A stretch of 64,000 nt of DNA from Candidatus Nealsonbacteria bacterium (GCA_026396115.1 JAPLXL010000005.1:66967-130966); one strand, 5' to 3'. Positions 1 to 9,089 are shown, numbered from the stretch's first letter. The notes: generated by a model from the letters alone, not told the origin. Numbers and translations are program-made.

Positions 1-1122
1 TTCTAAAACATTTCCATAGACAATCTCTGACTGATTACAAAGTCTCACATCACCACGAGGGTTGACGGCGGCGAAAGTAAAACCAACTCCACAATCAGCA
101 AACATATTCTCAGTTATCAATCTTTCATCTAGACAAAAAGGGATGGCAGTGCCAAAACCAACAGGAATCCCGAAGTCTCTCTGCCCAGCTATCATTTGGC
201 TTAGAGCGATCCGGAATTGCTCAATTGTCGGCGCTATTTCTTTAGAACGCTTACTACCAATTCCTCCATCTTCAAACCGATCAACGAATACACTCTCCAT
301 CCCTAGTTGTTTGGCTAAACGGATTACCTCGTACATCTGATCAAAATTCCAAGCAGTTAGCACCGGGATACAACGAACATCAAAGCCATTCTCGATATAA
401 TATCTTGTACTAGCTACTGTTTTTTTGAATCCGCCTTTGATTTCGGTGTGCCATTCATGAATCTCTTTTATTCCATGGAATGGAATGCCAATACAAGCCA
501 ACCGTTTAGACAATCCTTTTAGACAAATCAATCCATTGGTAACAATAGTCACTGAGGATCTTTCTGCTAAAAGATTAATATAAGCGTTAAGTTGATTAAC
601 ACCAAGCAGAGATGGTTCGCCTCCGATTAAATAGACGTGGGGAATCCAGGATTCATAAATTGATTGAACAATCCGGTCAATTTTCTCTCTGTTAAAACCT
701 TCACCTCGTTTAGGGTTATAACAGAAAATACATCGGCTATTACAAGCATAAGTAGTCTCAATATGAACGAGGTGAGGAATGCTGGGAATGGTTAATTTGG
801 TCTTCATATTTTCCCTTCCCCTCTGACTCTTTTTTACCAAATCCAAAATAGTTTCGAAGGAGTCATTAGATGCAGAACGATTTCGTTTAATTGTTCCGCA
901 TTTCAGGCATCGGTGAGTAAGAATATATTCGCCTTGTTCTACCTCTACTCCTATTGGCTCCATCAATCCAAAACATTTGTTTTGTCTATCACCGGGGTTA
1001 ATATCAACATGCTTGCCGTATAAACAGGAAGGGCAGTGATTAGTATAGCCATTTCCGATTACCTTTTTTCCGCAATTCTCGCAGATAAAATTCTCTCGAC
1101 AACGACTGAATCTCTTTGCCAT
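1..1122 (-). CDS. RNHCP-domain / radical SAM (SPASM-like C-terminus) fusion ORF, C-terminus beyond window edge
   Basis: Absent from the ORF track because it runs off the window. My reverse translation starts at ATG 1122-1120, with AGGAGG upstream. It reads MAKRFSRCRENFICENCGKKVIGNGYTNHCPSCLYGKHVD (RNHCP motif). It continues in frame with no stop into MKTKLTIPSIPHLVHIETTYACNSRCIFCYNP (CxxxCxxC) and later NPRGDVRLCN. Confidence 0.7.
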   Translation of the reverse strand, partial: MAKRFSRCRENFICENCGKKVIGNGYTNHCPSCLYGKHVDINPGDRQNKCFGLMEPIGVEVEQGEYILTHRCLKCGTIKRNRSASNDSFETILDLVKKSQRGRENMKTKLTIPSIPHLVHIETTYACNSRCIFCYNPKRGEGFNREKIDRIVQSIYESWIPHVYLIGGEPSLLGVNQLNAYINLLAERSSVTIVTNGLICLKGLSKRLACIGIPFHGIKEIHEWHTEIKGGFKKTVASTRYYIENGFDVRCIPVLTAWNFDQMYEVIRLAKQLGMESVFVDRFEDGGIGSKRSKEIAPTIEQFRIALSQMIAGQRDFGIPVGFGTAIPFCLDERLITENMFADCGVGFTFAAVNPRGDVRLCNQSEIVYGNVLE

Positions 1123-1445
1123 TTGAGAGGCCTCCTTTCTTAAATTTTTAATGTACTTCTTTACCTAAATTTATTATCAGTAAATTTTAAGATTTTGTCA
1201 ACTTTTTGTAAAATATTTTCCAACAAAATTTTCCGGTGGAAAGTGGATTTTAGGCGGGCGGGGTGAAGCCCCACCTGCCCTCATCTCTTTTTTAGATTTC
1301 TTTTCTTGAATCTATATATTAAATTTGGTAAAATAATAGTGAAGGTTTGAGAAGATTTAATTCGTACAGCCACCAATATTTTTTTATCAGATCTTTAAAA
1401 AGGAATGTTCAAATTTCCAAGATTAACATAAGGAGGTGAAAGGAT

Positions 1446-1565
1446 ATGACTTTTAGTGGAATGATATGGAAAGCTGTTGCTTGGCTATTGATAGTAATAG
1501 TTGTATGTGGACTTGTTTTATATTTTACAAAAAACAAGAAGGAGGTAGGAAAGGAGAAGAAGTAG
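1446..1565 (+). CDS. small hydrophobic peptide (39 aa), hypothetical
   Basis: ATG lies after AAGGAGGTGA. MTFSGMIWKAVAWLLIVIVVCGLVLYFTKNKKEVGKEKK is one TM helix plus a Lys-rich tail. Below the ORF-track size cutoff. Confidence 0.35.
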   Translation: MTFSGMIWKAVAWLLIVIVVCGLVLYFTKNKKEVGKEKK

Positions 1566-1600
1566 TATGAAAAATATTGGAGTTATTGTCGGAAATATAA

Positions 1601-1637
1601 AAATAGGTCGGGGAAAATCTCGACCTATTTATTTTGG
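1601..1637. terminator. bidirectional rho-independent terminator
   Basis: AAATAGGTCG-gggaaaatct-CGACCTATTT forms a 10-bp stem. It is flanked by an A-run upstream and a T-run downstream. It lies downstream of the minus-strand sigma gene and the plus-strand mini-ORF. Confidence 0.5.
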
Positions 1638-1712
1638 TTTATATTATTCAGTAAAAGAGAACCACATCCAGAAAAAAAGAAGGCACTATTATTGTTTATT
1701 AAATAACAGCGC

Positions 1713-2576
1713 CTATTCTAATAATTCTCTTAGTTGCTGATTCTGGTTCAATTTTGTTAATGCCTTTTTTTGAATCTGGCGAGTTCTTTCCCTGGTTATA
1801 GAAAAAACTTTTCCTGCCTCTTGCAAAGTATGGCAGATTCCATCCTCCAATCCAAACCTCATGACCAAAATCTTATTTTCTCTCGGACTTAAACAAGATG
1901 ATAAAATTTCTTTTAGTTTTTCCTTTAAGTTTTCTTCTTCTGCTCTTAATAAAGGAGAATCCGCCTTTTCATCCTCTATAAAATAAATTAAAGTATCTTT
2001 TTCTTCATCTCCCGAAAGCGGGCTATCTAAAGAAATGGCATCATTCTTAATTTCTTTCAGCAGATTAACTTTTGTTATCTCAATTTTCAGCTCCTCTGCA
2101 ATTTCTTGAAGTGAGGGAGGACGTCTTAATTCTTGATAAAGTTTTGCTTCTGCTTTTTTGTATCTGACAACCATTCTTACTTTAGAAGCAGGAATGCGAA
2201 TAATTCTTGACTCATTTTCAAGGGTTCTCATTATGGCTTGGTTTATCCACCAAAGAGCATAAGTGGAAAATTTATATCCTTTTCTCAACTTAAATCTATT
2301 CACCGCTTTCATTAACCCGATGCTTCCTATTTGGCAAAGGTCGTTAAATTCTAAACCAAAGATCGAATGTGATTTTTTTATTTTCAGAGCCCAAAAACGC
2401 ACCAATCTTGTGTTTTTCTCTATAATTTTTCCCCATACTTCTTTATTTTCAGGATTTTTTTCCAATTCCTGGAATAATTCCTTCTCTTCTCGAGGAGAAA
2501 GGGCATAGGGCAAATAATCACTGTTCCAAAATCCAGAACTTACTTTTTGTAAAAGATCATTTAACATTTGATTCAC
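1713..2576 (-). CDS. RNA polymerase sigma factor, sigma-70 family (regions 2-4)
   Basis: 287 aa. Motifs: FSTYALWWINQAIMR (region 2), RIIRIPASKV (region 3), LSPRENKILVMRFGL...TLQEAGKVFSITRERTRQIQKKAL (region 4 HTH). GGAGGTG RBS. Confidence 0.85.
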   Translation of the reverse strand: MNQMLNDLLQKVSSGFWNSDYLPYALSPREEKELFQELEKNPENKEVWGKIIEKNTRLVRFWALKIKKSHSIFGLEFNDLCQIGSIGLMKAVNRFKLRKGYKFSTYALWWINQAIMRTLENESRIIRIPASKVRMVVRYKKAEAKLYQELRRPPSLQEIAEELKIEITKVNLLKEIKNDAISLDSPLSGDEEKDTLIYFIEDEKADSPLLRAEEENLKEKLKEILSSCLSPRENKILVMRFGLEDGICHTLQEAGKVFSITRERTRQIQKKALTKLNQNQQLRELLE

Positions 2577-2720
2577 CTCCTTTTTTAATTTAAATCAAAC
2601 GTCTTAAATTCCTTAAGATATAACATTGTTGTAGAAAATTGTAAAGTCCTTACTATTCCGCTATTATAATATTATAAAAAGGTTGAATTAATTAAATTTA
2701 TTTAAGAGGATTATTTAAAA

Positions 2721-2759
2721 AATCGCCAAGAAGGCGATTTTTTGTCTACGTGGTAGAAT
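2721..2759 (+). promoter_or_regulatory. junction repeat type A: hairpin + T-run + TGGTAGAAT (extended -10-like)
   Basis: aaTCGCCaagaaGGCGAttttttg...TGGTAGAAT. TAGAAT ends 6 nt before ATG 2766. Confidence 0.55.
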
Positions 2760-2765
2760 GGAGAT

Positions 2766-3494
2766 ATGCAAAATCCTATTTGTATTTCAACTGGCTGCGT
2801 ATATGAATTATCCGATGATAGGAACGATTTGATTGAAAAAATACGACAGTTTTCTCCGATAGGGATTATGGGAATTGAACTTTCTTTTGCTTATCCAGAA
2901 TACTTATTAAATTTTGACATAGATAATAACAATTTAGAGTACCTACAAGGATTAGAGTTTAATTCTATCCATGCTCCTAGGGAAAATATAACTTACGGCG
3001 AAAACAAAACAAGCAAAGAGGTTTTACAGAAAGTATCAGAATTATATAAACAAATAAATGCCAGAAATGTTGTCTTTCATGAAGAACAGATTGAGGACTA
3101 TAATTCAATAATAAGCAACAACTTTGTTTCATCAATAGAAAACGACGATTGGAGAAAACCAAGACACAATGTAGAGGATATTAAAAGTATTCTTGATAAA
3201 AATAAAAAATTAAAGTTCACCCTTGATTTTGCTCACGCTCTTTCAGTTTCCTCTTCAGACATAGCTGAATATATTAATTATTTTAAAGATAAGCTAATTG
3301 AAATTCATCTTTCTGTAATTGATAAAGATTTGGAAAAACACGATTTTTTACATAAATACGACAGCTCAGAGATAAGAAATTTACTTCAACCATTAAAGAC
3401 TGCTTTTGTTCCTGTAATTTTAGAAGCTGCCGTTTCTAACTTGGAAGAAATGAAATTTATTAAAAAGGAAATAGAGTATATAAAAAATTTGTAA
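2766..3494 (+). CDS. xylose isomerase-like TIM-barrel (sugar phosphate isomerase/epimerase family) protein
   Basis: 242 aa. Spaced IHAP / VVFHEE / LDFAHA / EIHLS strand-end motifs are typical of AP-endonuclease-2/xylose isomerase-like barrels. Weak call. Confidence 0.45.
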   Translation: MQNPICISTGCVYELSDDRNDLIEKIRQFSPIGIMGIELSFAYPEYLLNFDIDNNNLEYLQGLEFNSIHAPRENITYGENKTSKEVLQKVSELYKQINARNVVFHEEQIEDYNSIISNNFVSSIENDDWRKPRHNVEDIKSILDKNKKLKFTLDFAHALSVSSSDIAEYINYFKDKLIEIHLSVIDKDLEKHDFLHKYDSSEIRNLLQPLKTAFVPVILEAAVSNLEEMKFIKKEIEYIKNL

Positions 3495-3497
3495 AAT

Positions 3498-4094
3498 ATG
3501 AAAAAGACAAAAATAATTTTAGCTACAACATCTCCTTATCGTAAAGAAACATTTGGATATTTAGGTATCCCTTTTGAGGTAGAAGGAAGCAATACAGATG
3601 AATCTCAGGCAGAAAGAAATGACCCCGAAGAGTTAGTGAAGAACCTTTCTAAATTAAAGGCTGAGGCGGTTGCTAAAAACCATTCCGATGCTATCGTAAT
3701 CGGAATGGATTCTGTTACTTATTTTAACGATAAAATTCTTGAGAAACCAAAATCAAGAGAAGAAGATTTCCAAAGATTAAAAGAGCTTTCTGGAAATAAC
3801 CATCAATTCTACACAGGAGTTTATATAGTGAATACAGCTACAAATAAAGCGATTTCAAGAGTGGTTAAAACAGAGGTCTTTATGAGGAATCTTTCAGAAA
3901 AAGAGATTAACAAATATCTTGATGAAGACCCTCATTTTAACACCTATGCTTTAGGTTATGACCCCGTAAGGCACATTAGCTCGTCATTTGTCCAAAGAAT
4001 AGAAGGAAGTTATTATAATCTTTTAGGAGGTATTCCTTTGGAAACAATAGTTGAAATGTTAGGAGAAATAGGATATAAAGAAGAACAATTTTAA
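3498..4094 (+). CDS. maf: Maf-like nucleoside triphosphate pyrophosphatase
   Basis: 198 aa. Motifs: ILATTSPYRKETFGYLGIPF, VIGMDSV, YTGVYIV, GSYYNLLGGIPLE. Confidence 0.8.
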   Translation: MKKTKIILATTSPYRKETFGYLGIPFEVEGSNTDESQAERNDPEELVKNLSKLKAEAVAKNHSDAIVIGMDSVTYFNDKILEKPKSREEDFQRLKELSGNNHQFYTGVYIVNTATNKAISRVVKTEVFMRNLSEKEINKYLDEDPHFNTYALGYDPVRHISSSFVQRIEGSYYNLLGGIPLETIVEMLGEIGYKEEQF

Positions 4095-4106
4095 ATTAAC
4101 TCAATT

Positions 4107-4553
4107 ATGAAAATAACTATTTGTGGAAGTATCGCATTCCAAGATGAAGTGCTTTCTGTAAAAGAAAAATTAGAAAAATTAGGGCATGAGGTAAAGGTGT
4201 GGCCCCTTAAATTAGAAGATGGAAAAGGGCAATTGATTTCGGCCAAAGAATACTACAAGATACGGAAGATAGCAGCCGATGATGAGAAATGGGTTTGGGA
4301 TAGGAAAGCCGAAGCCGTCCTTAAGCATTTCGATAAAGTTTCCTGGTCGGATGCTATTTTAGTTGCGAATTACGATAAAAATAATGTTAATGGTTATATT
4401 GGGGGCAACACTTTAATGGAGATAGGTCTCGCTTTTTTCTTAAAAAAGAAAATCTATCTTTTAAATGAGATTCCAGAACTACCATATAAAGAAGAAATTT
4501 TAGGAGTAAGGCCTATTGTTCTTGGAGGTGATTTAAGTAAAATTACCAACTAA
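4107..4553 (+). CDS. nucleoside 2-deoxyribosyltransferase-like protein
   Basis: 148 aa. The MKITICGSIAF N-terminus and the GYIGGNTLMEIGLAF segment resemble the NDT/Rcl flavodoxin-like fold. Confidence 0.4.
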   Translation: MKITICGSIAFQDEVLSVKEKLEKLGHEVKVWPLKLEDGKGQLISAKEYYKIRKIAADDEKWVWDRKAEAVLKHFDKVSWSDAILVANYDKNNVNGYIGGNTLMEIGLAFFLKKKIYLLNEIPELPYKEEILGVRPIVLGGDLSKITN

Positions 4554-4623
4554 ACAGATTCTGACGTCGTTCACCATACGGAGCTAACGAAATATCGCCA
4601 AGAAGGCGGTTTTTTGGTAGAAT
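4553..4623 (+). repeat. junction repeat B+A (GATTCTGAC...GGAGCTAACG + hairpin + TGGTAGAAT)
   Basis: aacaGATTCTGACgtcgttcaccataCGGAGCTAacgaaataTCGCCaagaaGGCGGttttttGGTAGAAT. Starts at the stop codon of the upstream gene. Confidence 0.6.
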
Positions 4624-4680
4624 GAATCAACAAGGTTGAATAATATATTAAAAGTTTATTTGAATAAAAAATGAAGTAAT

Positions 4681-4935
4681 ATGGAAAAAGAAAAAATCAA
4701 AAAAGAAGAATTTAAAGTTTCTGGTGAAGACGTCGTTAAAAAAGTAAAGGAATTGATAAAAGAAGGAAATATCAGAAGAATTATCATCAAAAATGAGGAA
4801 AATAAGACTTTAGTTGAATTTCCCCTTACGATAGGTTTGGTTGGCGCTGCCCTATTGCCAGTCTGGGCGGCGATTGGTGCTATCGCAGCTTTAGTAGCTA
4901 ATTGTACAATCGTGGTCGAAAAAAGAGAAGGTTAA
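4681..4935 (+). CDS. DUF4342-like small protein with C-terminal hydrophobic helix
   Basis: 84 aa. FKVSGEDVVKKVKELIKEGNIRRIIIKNEENKTLVEFPLT followed by GLVGAALLPVWAAIGAIAALV. Confidence 0.5.
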   Translation: MEKEKIKKEEFKVSGEDVVKKVKELIKEGNIRRIIIKNEENKTLVEFPLTIGLVGAALLPVWAAIGAIAALVANCTIVVEKREG

Positions 4936-4940
4936 TTTCC

Positions 4941-4985
4941 AAAACAGGTTCTGACGTCGTCTGTTTCCCGGACATTTCACGTTCA
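4941..4985 (+). repeat. junction repeat type B
   Basis: aaaacaGGTTCTGACgtcgtctgtttcccgg, immediately after the stop of 4681..4935. Confidence 0.5.
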
Positions 4986-4988
4986 CTA

Positions 4989-5016
4989 TTGACTTTTTCT
5001 TTTCGAATAGTATACT
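4989..5016 (+). promoter_or_regulatory. sigma-70-type promoter for mgsA
   Basis: TTGACT, 16-nt spacer, TATACT. Confidence 0.5.
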
Positions 5017-5086
5017 CTTTATAGCTCTTTAAAATACTTAATTTTAGAGCGTGAGGTTTTTCTCAAAATTTAACAAAGGAGAATAA

Positions 5087-5467
5087 ATGATGCAAAAGAA
5101 AATTACAATAGCCTTGGTTTCTCATGATAAAAGAAAACTGAATTTGGTCGAATGGGTGAACAAAAATCGGAAAGAATTACAACAATTCGAACTTATTGGG
5201 ACTAGTGGTACGGCTAAAAAAATTAGCAAAATTACAGGATTAAAGGTGGAAGAGTTGGGACACGGACCAACTGGCGGGGATATAACGATTGCCTACAATA
5301 TTTTAGTTGGAAAGATAAATGTTCTGATCTTTTTTGTTGACACAGAGACAGCACATGGGCATGAACATTACATTCAATCCCTGATAAGAATAAGCATCAC
5401 TCAAAAAATACCCATTGCTTTGAACGATATCACCGCAGATTGCGTACTCCAATATTTATTGAAATAA
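5087..5467 (+). CDS. mgsA: methylglyoxal synthase
   Basis: 126 aa. Motifs: IALVSHDKRK, LIGTSGTAK, GPTGGDITIA, LIFFVDTETAHGHEH, IPIALN. AAGGAG RBS. Confidence 0.8.
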   Translation: MMQKKITIALVSHDKRKLNLVEWVNKNRKELQQFELIGTSGTAKKISKITGLKVEELGHGPTGGDITIAYNILVGKINVLIFFVDTETAHGHEHYIQSLIRISITQKIPIALNDITADCVLQYLLK

Positions 5468-5479
5468 TCATCACACATA

Positions 5480-5511
5480 TCAGGCCTGATATAGCTCAGG
5501 CCTGATTTTTA
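5480..5511 (+). terminator. rho-independent terminator
   Basis: TCAGGCCTGA-tatagc-TCAGGCCTGA followed by TTTTT. Confidence 0.6.
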
Positions 5512-5536
5512 AACTTTATAGAAGCATTAAATTTGA

Positions 5537-5565
5537 TTGACAAATTTAAAATAGAAGTATATAAT
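5537..5565 (+). promoter_or_regulatory. sigma-70-type promoter (repeated unit, copy 1)
   Basis: TTGACA-aatttaaaatagaagta-TATAAT. Nearly identical 30-nt block at 8394-8422. Confidence 0.6.
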
Positions 5566-5603
5566 AAATAATCTTAAAAATAAAAGAAAGGAGAGGAGTA
5601 AAA

Positions 5604-6128
5604 ATGAGTAAGTTCTTTAACATTTTCTTCAAGATGTTTCTTATAGCTGTGATAATATATTGTTTATACTCAATAATTATCGTCGTTGCCTCTTGGAATT
5701 ACAAGCCAGAAGATCAAATAATTAATAATCCTATTTTATCAGGGATAGAAACAGTTATCCTGGGTTCTGAAAAAGAATTACCATCCGAAAGTTCATTTGG
5801 AAAAGCTAAGGTATTTATAACTTTTAGGGAAGATGTATTGAAAGTATGGTTGTTTAATCCAAAAGTTTCAAAATGCTTTCTTTGCCAAGAGATAGAAGTC
5901 AGACCGAGTGGATATTTATCACGTGAAAAATCATGGCTATTATTTGTCGCACCACTTGATTTTTACATCAAAAGTGTTTCTTTAAAAGAAAATCTTTTAG
6001 AGATTAAATTAGGTATTTCAAAGGGCTTTGACAAATTTCAATTGGTACTTCTTGTATGCATGGCAGGGCTAATGGCTGTTTTATTAAAATCTTTAACTAA
6101 GAAACAAAATAAAAAGGTGCTGAGCTAA
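5604..6128 (+). CDS. hypothetical membrane protein
   Basis: 174 aa. N- and C-terminal hydrophobic helices. AGGAGAGGAG RBS. Confidence 0.5.
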   Translation: MSKFFNIFFKMFLIAVIIYCLYSIIIVVASWNYKPEDQIINNPILSGIETVILGSEKELPSESSFGKAKVFITFREDVLKVWLFNPKVSKCFLCQEIEVRPSGYLSREKSWLLFVAPLDFYIKSVSLKENLLEIKLGISKGFDKFQLVLLVCMAGLMAVLLKSLTKKQNKKVLS

Positions 6129-6170
6129 CGGCGCCTTTTTGATTAGTTAAAAAATGATAAATTGGTAAAA

Positions 6171-6201
6171 AATAGCCAAGCAGGCGGTTTTATGGTAGAA
6201 T
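6171..6201 (+). promoter_or_regulatory. junction repeat type A
   Basis: aatAGCCaagcaGGCGGttttaTGGTAGAAT. TAGAAT ends 7 nt before ATG 6209. Confidence 0.5.
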
Positions 6202-6208
6202 GAACTAT

Positions 6209-7336
6209 ATGATAAAAGAATTTAAAAAAGGAATATCTCTTCCTATAATAATCGTTATTTTAGCTCTCGTATTAATAGGCGGGGTGCTTATTTATTATTT
6301 TTTAATCAAAAATCCTGAATCCCCATCCTCGGGAGAAGAAACACTTATCAAAGTCGCCAGCCCGCAATCCAATCAGGAAATACAGAGCCCTTTTATAGTA
6401 AAAGGCGAAGCCAGAGGATATTGGTTTTTTGAGGCTACTTTTCCCACAAAACTGCTTGATGAAAATGGAAATATTATTAAGCAGACTATCGCCCAAGCCC
6501 AGGGAGAATGGATGACAGAGGATTTTGTCCCGTTTGAAGCCTTATTAACTTTTTCGGTTCCCAAAAATCAGAAAGGAACTCTCATTTTGGAAAAAGATAA
6601 TCCCTCGGGACTCCCCGAAAACGACGACGAAGTTAAAATTCCCATTCGTTTAAGCGCGACAGAAATACAAACTAATTTTTCCGAAACAGGAAATCTTGTA
6701 AAAGATAATCCCGGATTAAATCCCGGCGTTTGGTATTTGGTTTATGAAAAACCTGGGACTCCTGCTTTGAATGCCGAAATTAAATTTAACGAAGACAGTC
6801 TTTGTCAAATTGTCGCAGTTTCTCAATCTTGCCAGCAAACAGTACTTGAAGGAGGGGATAGAGTTGAGGTTACGGGTTGGGAAATAAACGGCATCTTGAT
6901 TGTTAAAAATATGGTGATACAAAAGACTTCCGAACAACTAAGGACGGTAAAATTGTATTACTATAATCCTAATTTGGATAAAGACAGCACTGGAAATATT
7001 CTTTGCAGCAGAAACGGCTTGGTAGCGGTGGAACGTGAAATTCCAATAACAAATACCCCTATCCAGGAAACAATAAGACTTCTTATTTCAGGAAATCTTA
7101 CCAGCGCAGAAAAGGCACAGGGCATTACTACCGAATATCCTTTACAAGAACTTAATCTAACGGCTGCATCATTAAATAGCGGCGTTTTGACGCTTACATT
7201 TGACGATTCCTACAACAAAACCGGCGGTGGTTCATGCCGGGTTGGTATTCTCTGGTTTCAGATTGAGGCTACTGCTAAGCAATTTCCCGAGGTTTCATCA
7301 GTACGCTTTATGCCCGAGGAATTATTCCAGCCATAA
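6209..7336 (+). CDS. secreted Gmad2 Ig-like + GerMN domain protein
   Basis: The track ORF starts at 6200, inside the TAGAAT box, so I prefer ATG 6209. Signal anchor. IKVASPQSNQEIQSPFIVKGEARGYWFFEATF (Gmad2-like). C-terminal KLYYYNPNLD...ETIRLLISG (GerMN-like). Confidence 0.6.
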   Translation: MIKEFKKGISLPIIIVILALVLIGGVLIYYFLIKNPESPSSGEETLIKVASPQSNQEIQSPFIVKGEARGYWFFEATFPTKLLDENGNIIKQTIAQAQGEWMTEDFVPFEALLTFSVPKNQKGTLILEKDNPSGLPENDDEVKIPIRLSATEIQTNFSETGNLVKDNPGLNPGVWYLVYEKPGTPALNAEIKFNEDSLCQIVAVSQSCQQTVLEGGDRVEVTGWEINGILIVKNMVIQKTSEQLRTVKLYYYNPNLDKDSTGNILCSRNGLVAVEREIPITNTPIQETIRLLISGNLTSAEKAQGITTEYPLQELNLTAASLNSGVLTLTFDDSYNKTGGGSCRVGILWFQIEATAKQFPEVSSVRFMPEELFQP

Positions 7337-7384
7337 ATCTACTGATTTTTTAGCAGCATAAAAGTAAATGTGTAGTTTTGACAA

Positions 7385-7416
7385 AAATCGCCAAGAAGGC
7401 GGTTTTTTGATAGAAT
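7385..7416 (+). promoter_or_regulatory. junction repeat type A
   Basis: aaaaTCGCCaagaaGGCGGttttttGATAGAAT. Confidence 0.5.
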
Positions 7417-7446
7417 AATATAAGAATTAAAATTAAACAAAATCAT

Positions 7447-7824
7447 ATGACAAAAATAACATTGTTTTGGTATATATTTTTAATTTTAAGTTTCATAGGT
7501 TTTTATTTAGCATACCTCTACGGGAAAAAAACTACAGAATTTAGGTGGAGTGAATATATAGCAATTATTATTATTCCGATTCTTTTTATTGTCTTCCTTA
7601 TTCTCTACTACGATTTTGCAATTCTAAAGCTGTTTATAGTAAGTGCCAGCATAGGTTTTGCAGCAGAAGGACTTATTGGTTTTGTATATGATAAGGTTCT
7701 CAATAGAAGATTGTGGACATATAATCGTCTAAGTATAAAAGGGTATACAAGTTATCTTAGTATTCCTCTTTGGGGAATTGCCGGGGTAATATTCTGGTTT
7801 ATCACTAAACTTGTTGGATTGTAA
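7447..7824 (+). CDS. multi-pass membrane protein (PF06541-like, putative ABC-transporter type IV family)
   Basis: 125 aa, 4 predicted TM helices. The AEGLIGFVYDKVLNRRLWTY segment resembles that family. Weak call. Confidence 0.45.
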   Translation: MTKITLFWYIFLILSFIGFYLAYLYGKKTTEFRWSEYIAIIIIPILFIVFLILYYDFAILKLFIVSASIGFAAEGLIGFVYDKVLNRRLWTYNRLSIKGYTSYLSIPLWGIAGVIFWFITKLVGL

Positions 7825-7908
7825 AATAGGTTCTAACAGTGTCCGGGAGCCAGGGTAGTAAGAGAATCGCCAATCAGCCTTCCAGCAAAGGCGATTTTTT
7901 GATAGAAT
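7823..7908 (+). repeat. junction repeat B+A
   Basis: aaaataGGTTCTAACagtgtccgggagcc...aaTCGCCaatcagccttccagcaaaGGCGAttttttGATAGAAT. TAGAAT ends 8 nt before ATG 7917. Confidence 0.6.
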
Positions 7909-7916
7909 AAAAATGT

Positions 7917-8393
7917 ATGAAAATTTATTTTGCGGGGTCAATTCGTGCTGGAAGAGTAGACCAAGAATCATATTTTAAAATAATTGAATATCTTAAAAAA
8001 TACGGACAGGTTTTGACCGAGCATGTTGGAGATAAGGATTTAACTGATTCAGGCGAGAAAAATATATCTGAAGGGGAAATTTATGAAAGAGATATGTCTT
8101 GGCTTAAAGAGACCGATGTTTTTATTGCTGAAATTTCAATCCCTTCTCTTGGCGTTGGTTATGAAATAGCAAAAGCTGAAGAATGGGGAAAAAGGATTCT
8201 ATGTCTTTGTAGGAAGCCAGAGGATGGAAAGAAAATATCTGCTATAATTAAAGGAAATAAGAACATAATCTTAAAAGAATACAATGATTTAGATGAGGCG
8301 TTTCAATATATTGATGATTTTTTAAACAAAACAGATTCTAACACCGTCCGTCCCTCGAAGCTAATAGCCCGAGCCTTTGGCTTGGGTTTTTGA
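7917..8393 (+). CDS. 2'-deoxynucleoside 5'-phosphate N-hydrolase (DNPH1/Rcl-like)
   Basis: MKIYFAGSIRAGRVDQESYFKIIEYLKKYGQVLTEHV and SIPSLGVGYEIAKAEEWGKRILCL closely follow the DNPH1 pattern (FCGSIRGGR...GKVLTEHV...PSLGVGYE). The last ~21 codons are encoded by a type B repeat. Confidence 0.75.
   Translation: MKIYFAGSIRAGRVDQESYFKIIEYLKKYGQVLTEHVGDKDLTDSGEKNISEGEIYERDMSWLKETDVFIAEISIPSLGVGYEIAKAEEWGKRILCLCRKPEDGKKISAIIKGNKNIILKEYNDLDEAFQYIDDFLNKTDSNTVRPSKLIARAFGLGF
8326..8392 (+). repeat. junction repeat type B, overlapping the 3' end of the DNPH1-like CDS
   Basis: aaaacaGATTCTAACaccgtccgtccCTCGAAGCTAatagcc... supplies the C-terminal tail KTDSNTVRPSKLIARAFGLGF and the stop. Confidence 0.55.
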
Positions 8394-8422
8394 TTGACAA
8401 ATTTAAAATAGAGGTATATAAC
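8394..8422 (+). promoter_or_regulatory. sigma-70-type promoter (repeated unit, copy 2)
   Basis: TTGACA-aatttaaaatagaggta-TATAAC. Confidence 0.55.
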
Positions 8423-8462
8423 ATAAACATCTCTAAAAAATAAAATAAAGGAGGTAAGTACA

Positions 8463-8873
8463 TTGACAAAGTTTAATAATGATTCAGGTTACTGCTACAT
8501 AATTCTCAGAGTGAAGCCGAATATCATAGAACTCAATGATGACAAAGGAATTTTCGGTATAGTAGAGGAGATTACATCGAGAGCTGTCGGTGCAGAACGA
8601 GCGAACATAGCTAAAATAATTTTGTGGGGTCCAGATATCCTTCATGCTCATAAAGAAACAGAGGAAACTTATATCTGTGTCAAGGGGGAAGGAGAGATTT
8701 TCCTTATTGACCAGATATTTGAATTCATTCCAGGTGTCAGGGTAATAGTCAGACCTGGAATTTTACACGCTGCTAGACCAAAAAACTGTGGAAAGTTGGT
8801 TTTCTTATGTGTATCTTCACCAGCTTTCAATCCTAAGGATGTGTATAATGATCCACGCGGTCGGGCATGGTAA
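8463..8873 (+). CDS. cupin domain protein
   Basis: 136 aa. TTG start 8 nt after AGGAGG. HAHKETEETYICVKGEGEIF...ILHAARP is the two-motif cupin pattern. Confidence 0.55.
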   Translation: MTKFNNDSGYCYIILRVKPNIIELNDDKGIFGIVEEITSRAVGAERANIAKIILWGPDILHAHKETEETYICVKGEGEIFLIDQIFEFIPGVRVIVRPGILHAARPKNCGKLVFLCVSSPAFNPKDVYNDPRGRAW

Positions 8874-8923
8874 GCATGGTAAATCGAAAAGATAGGAAAT
8901 GGAAGCAAAAAAACAATAAAAAA

Positions 8924-8957
8924 GCCGTCTTGAGTTTTGTACTCTTGACGGTTTTTT
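8924..8957 (+). terminator. rho-independent terminator
   Basis: GCCGTCttGAGT-tttgt-ACTCttGACGG followed by TTTTTT. Confidence 0.6.
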
Positions 8958-8972
8958 ATTTAAGGTTTCGTT

Positions 8973-9015
8973 AAATAGGTTCTAACATCGTTCCATAAAC
9001 ACAGCTACGATTTTT
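8973..9015 (+). repeat. junction repeat type B
   Basis: aaataGGTTCTAACatcgttccataaacacAGCTAcgatttttt. Confidence 0.5.
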
Positions 9016-9018
9016 TGG

Positions 9019-9047
9019 TTGACATTTTGCTTATTTTCTGGTAAAAA
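9019..9047 (+). promoter_or_regulatory. sigma-70-type promoter
   Basis: TTGACA, 17-nt spacer ending in TGg, TAAAAA. Confidence 0.4.
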
Positions 9048-9089
9048 ATAGATATGGCTTTTTAAAAATAAAATAGGAGGTGAGGGGCT

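Noticed and set aside
62-340. Track ORF 62..340 (+), 92 aa
   Set aside because: It lies entirely antisense to the well-supported radical SAM ORF (1-1122, minus). It has no RBS and a low-complexity composition.
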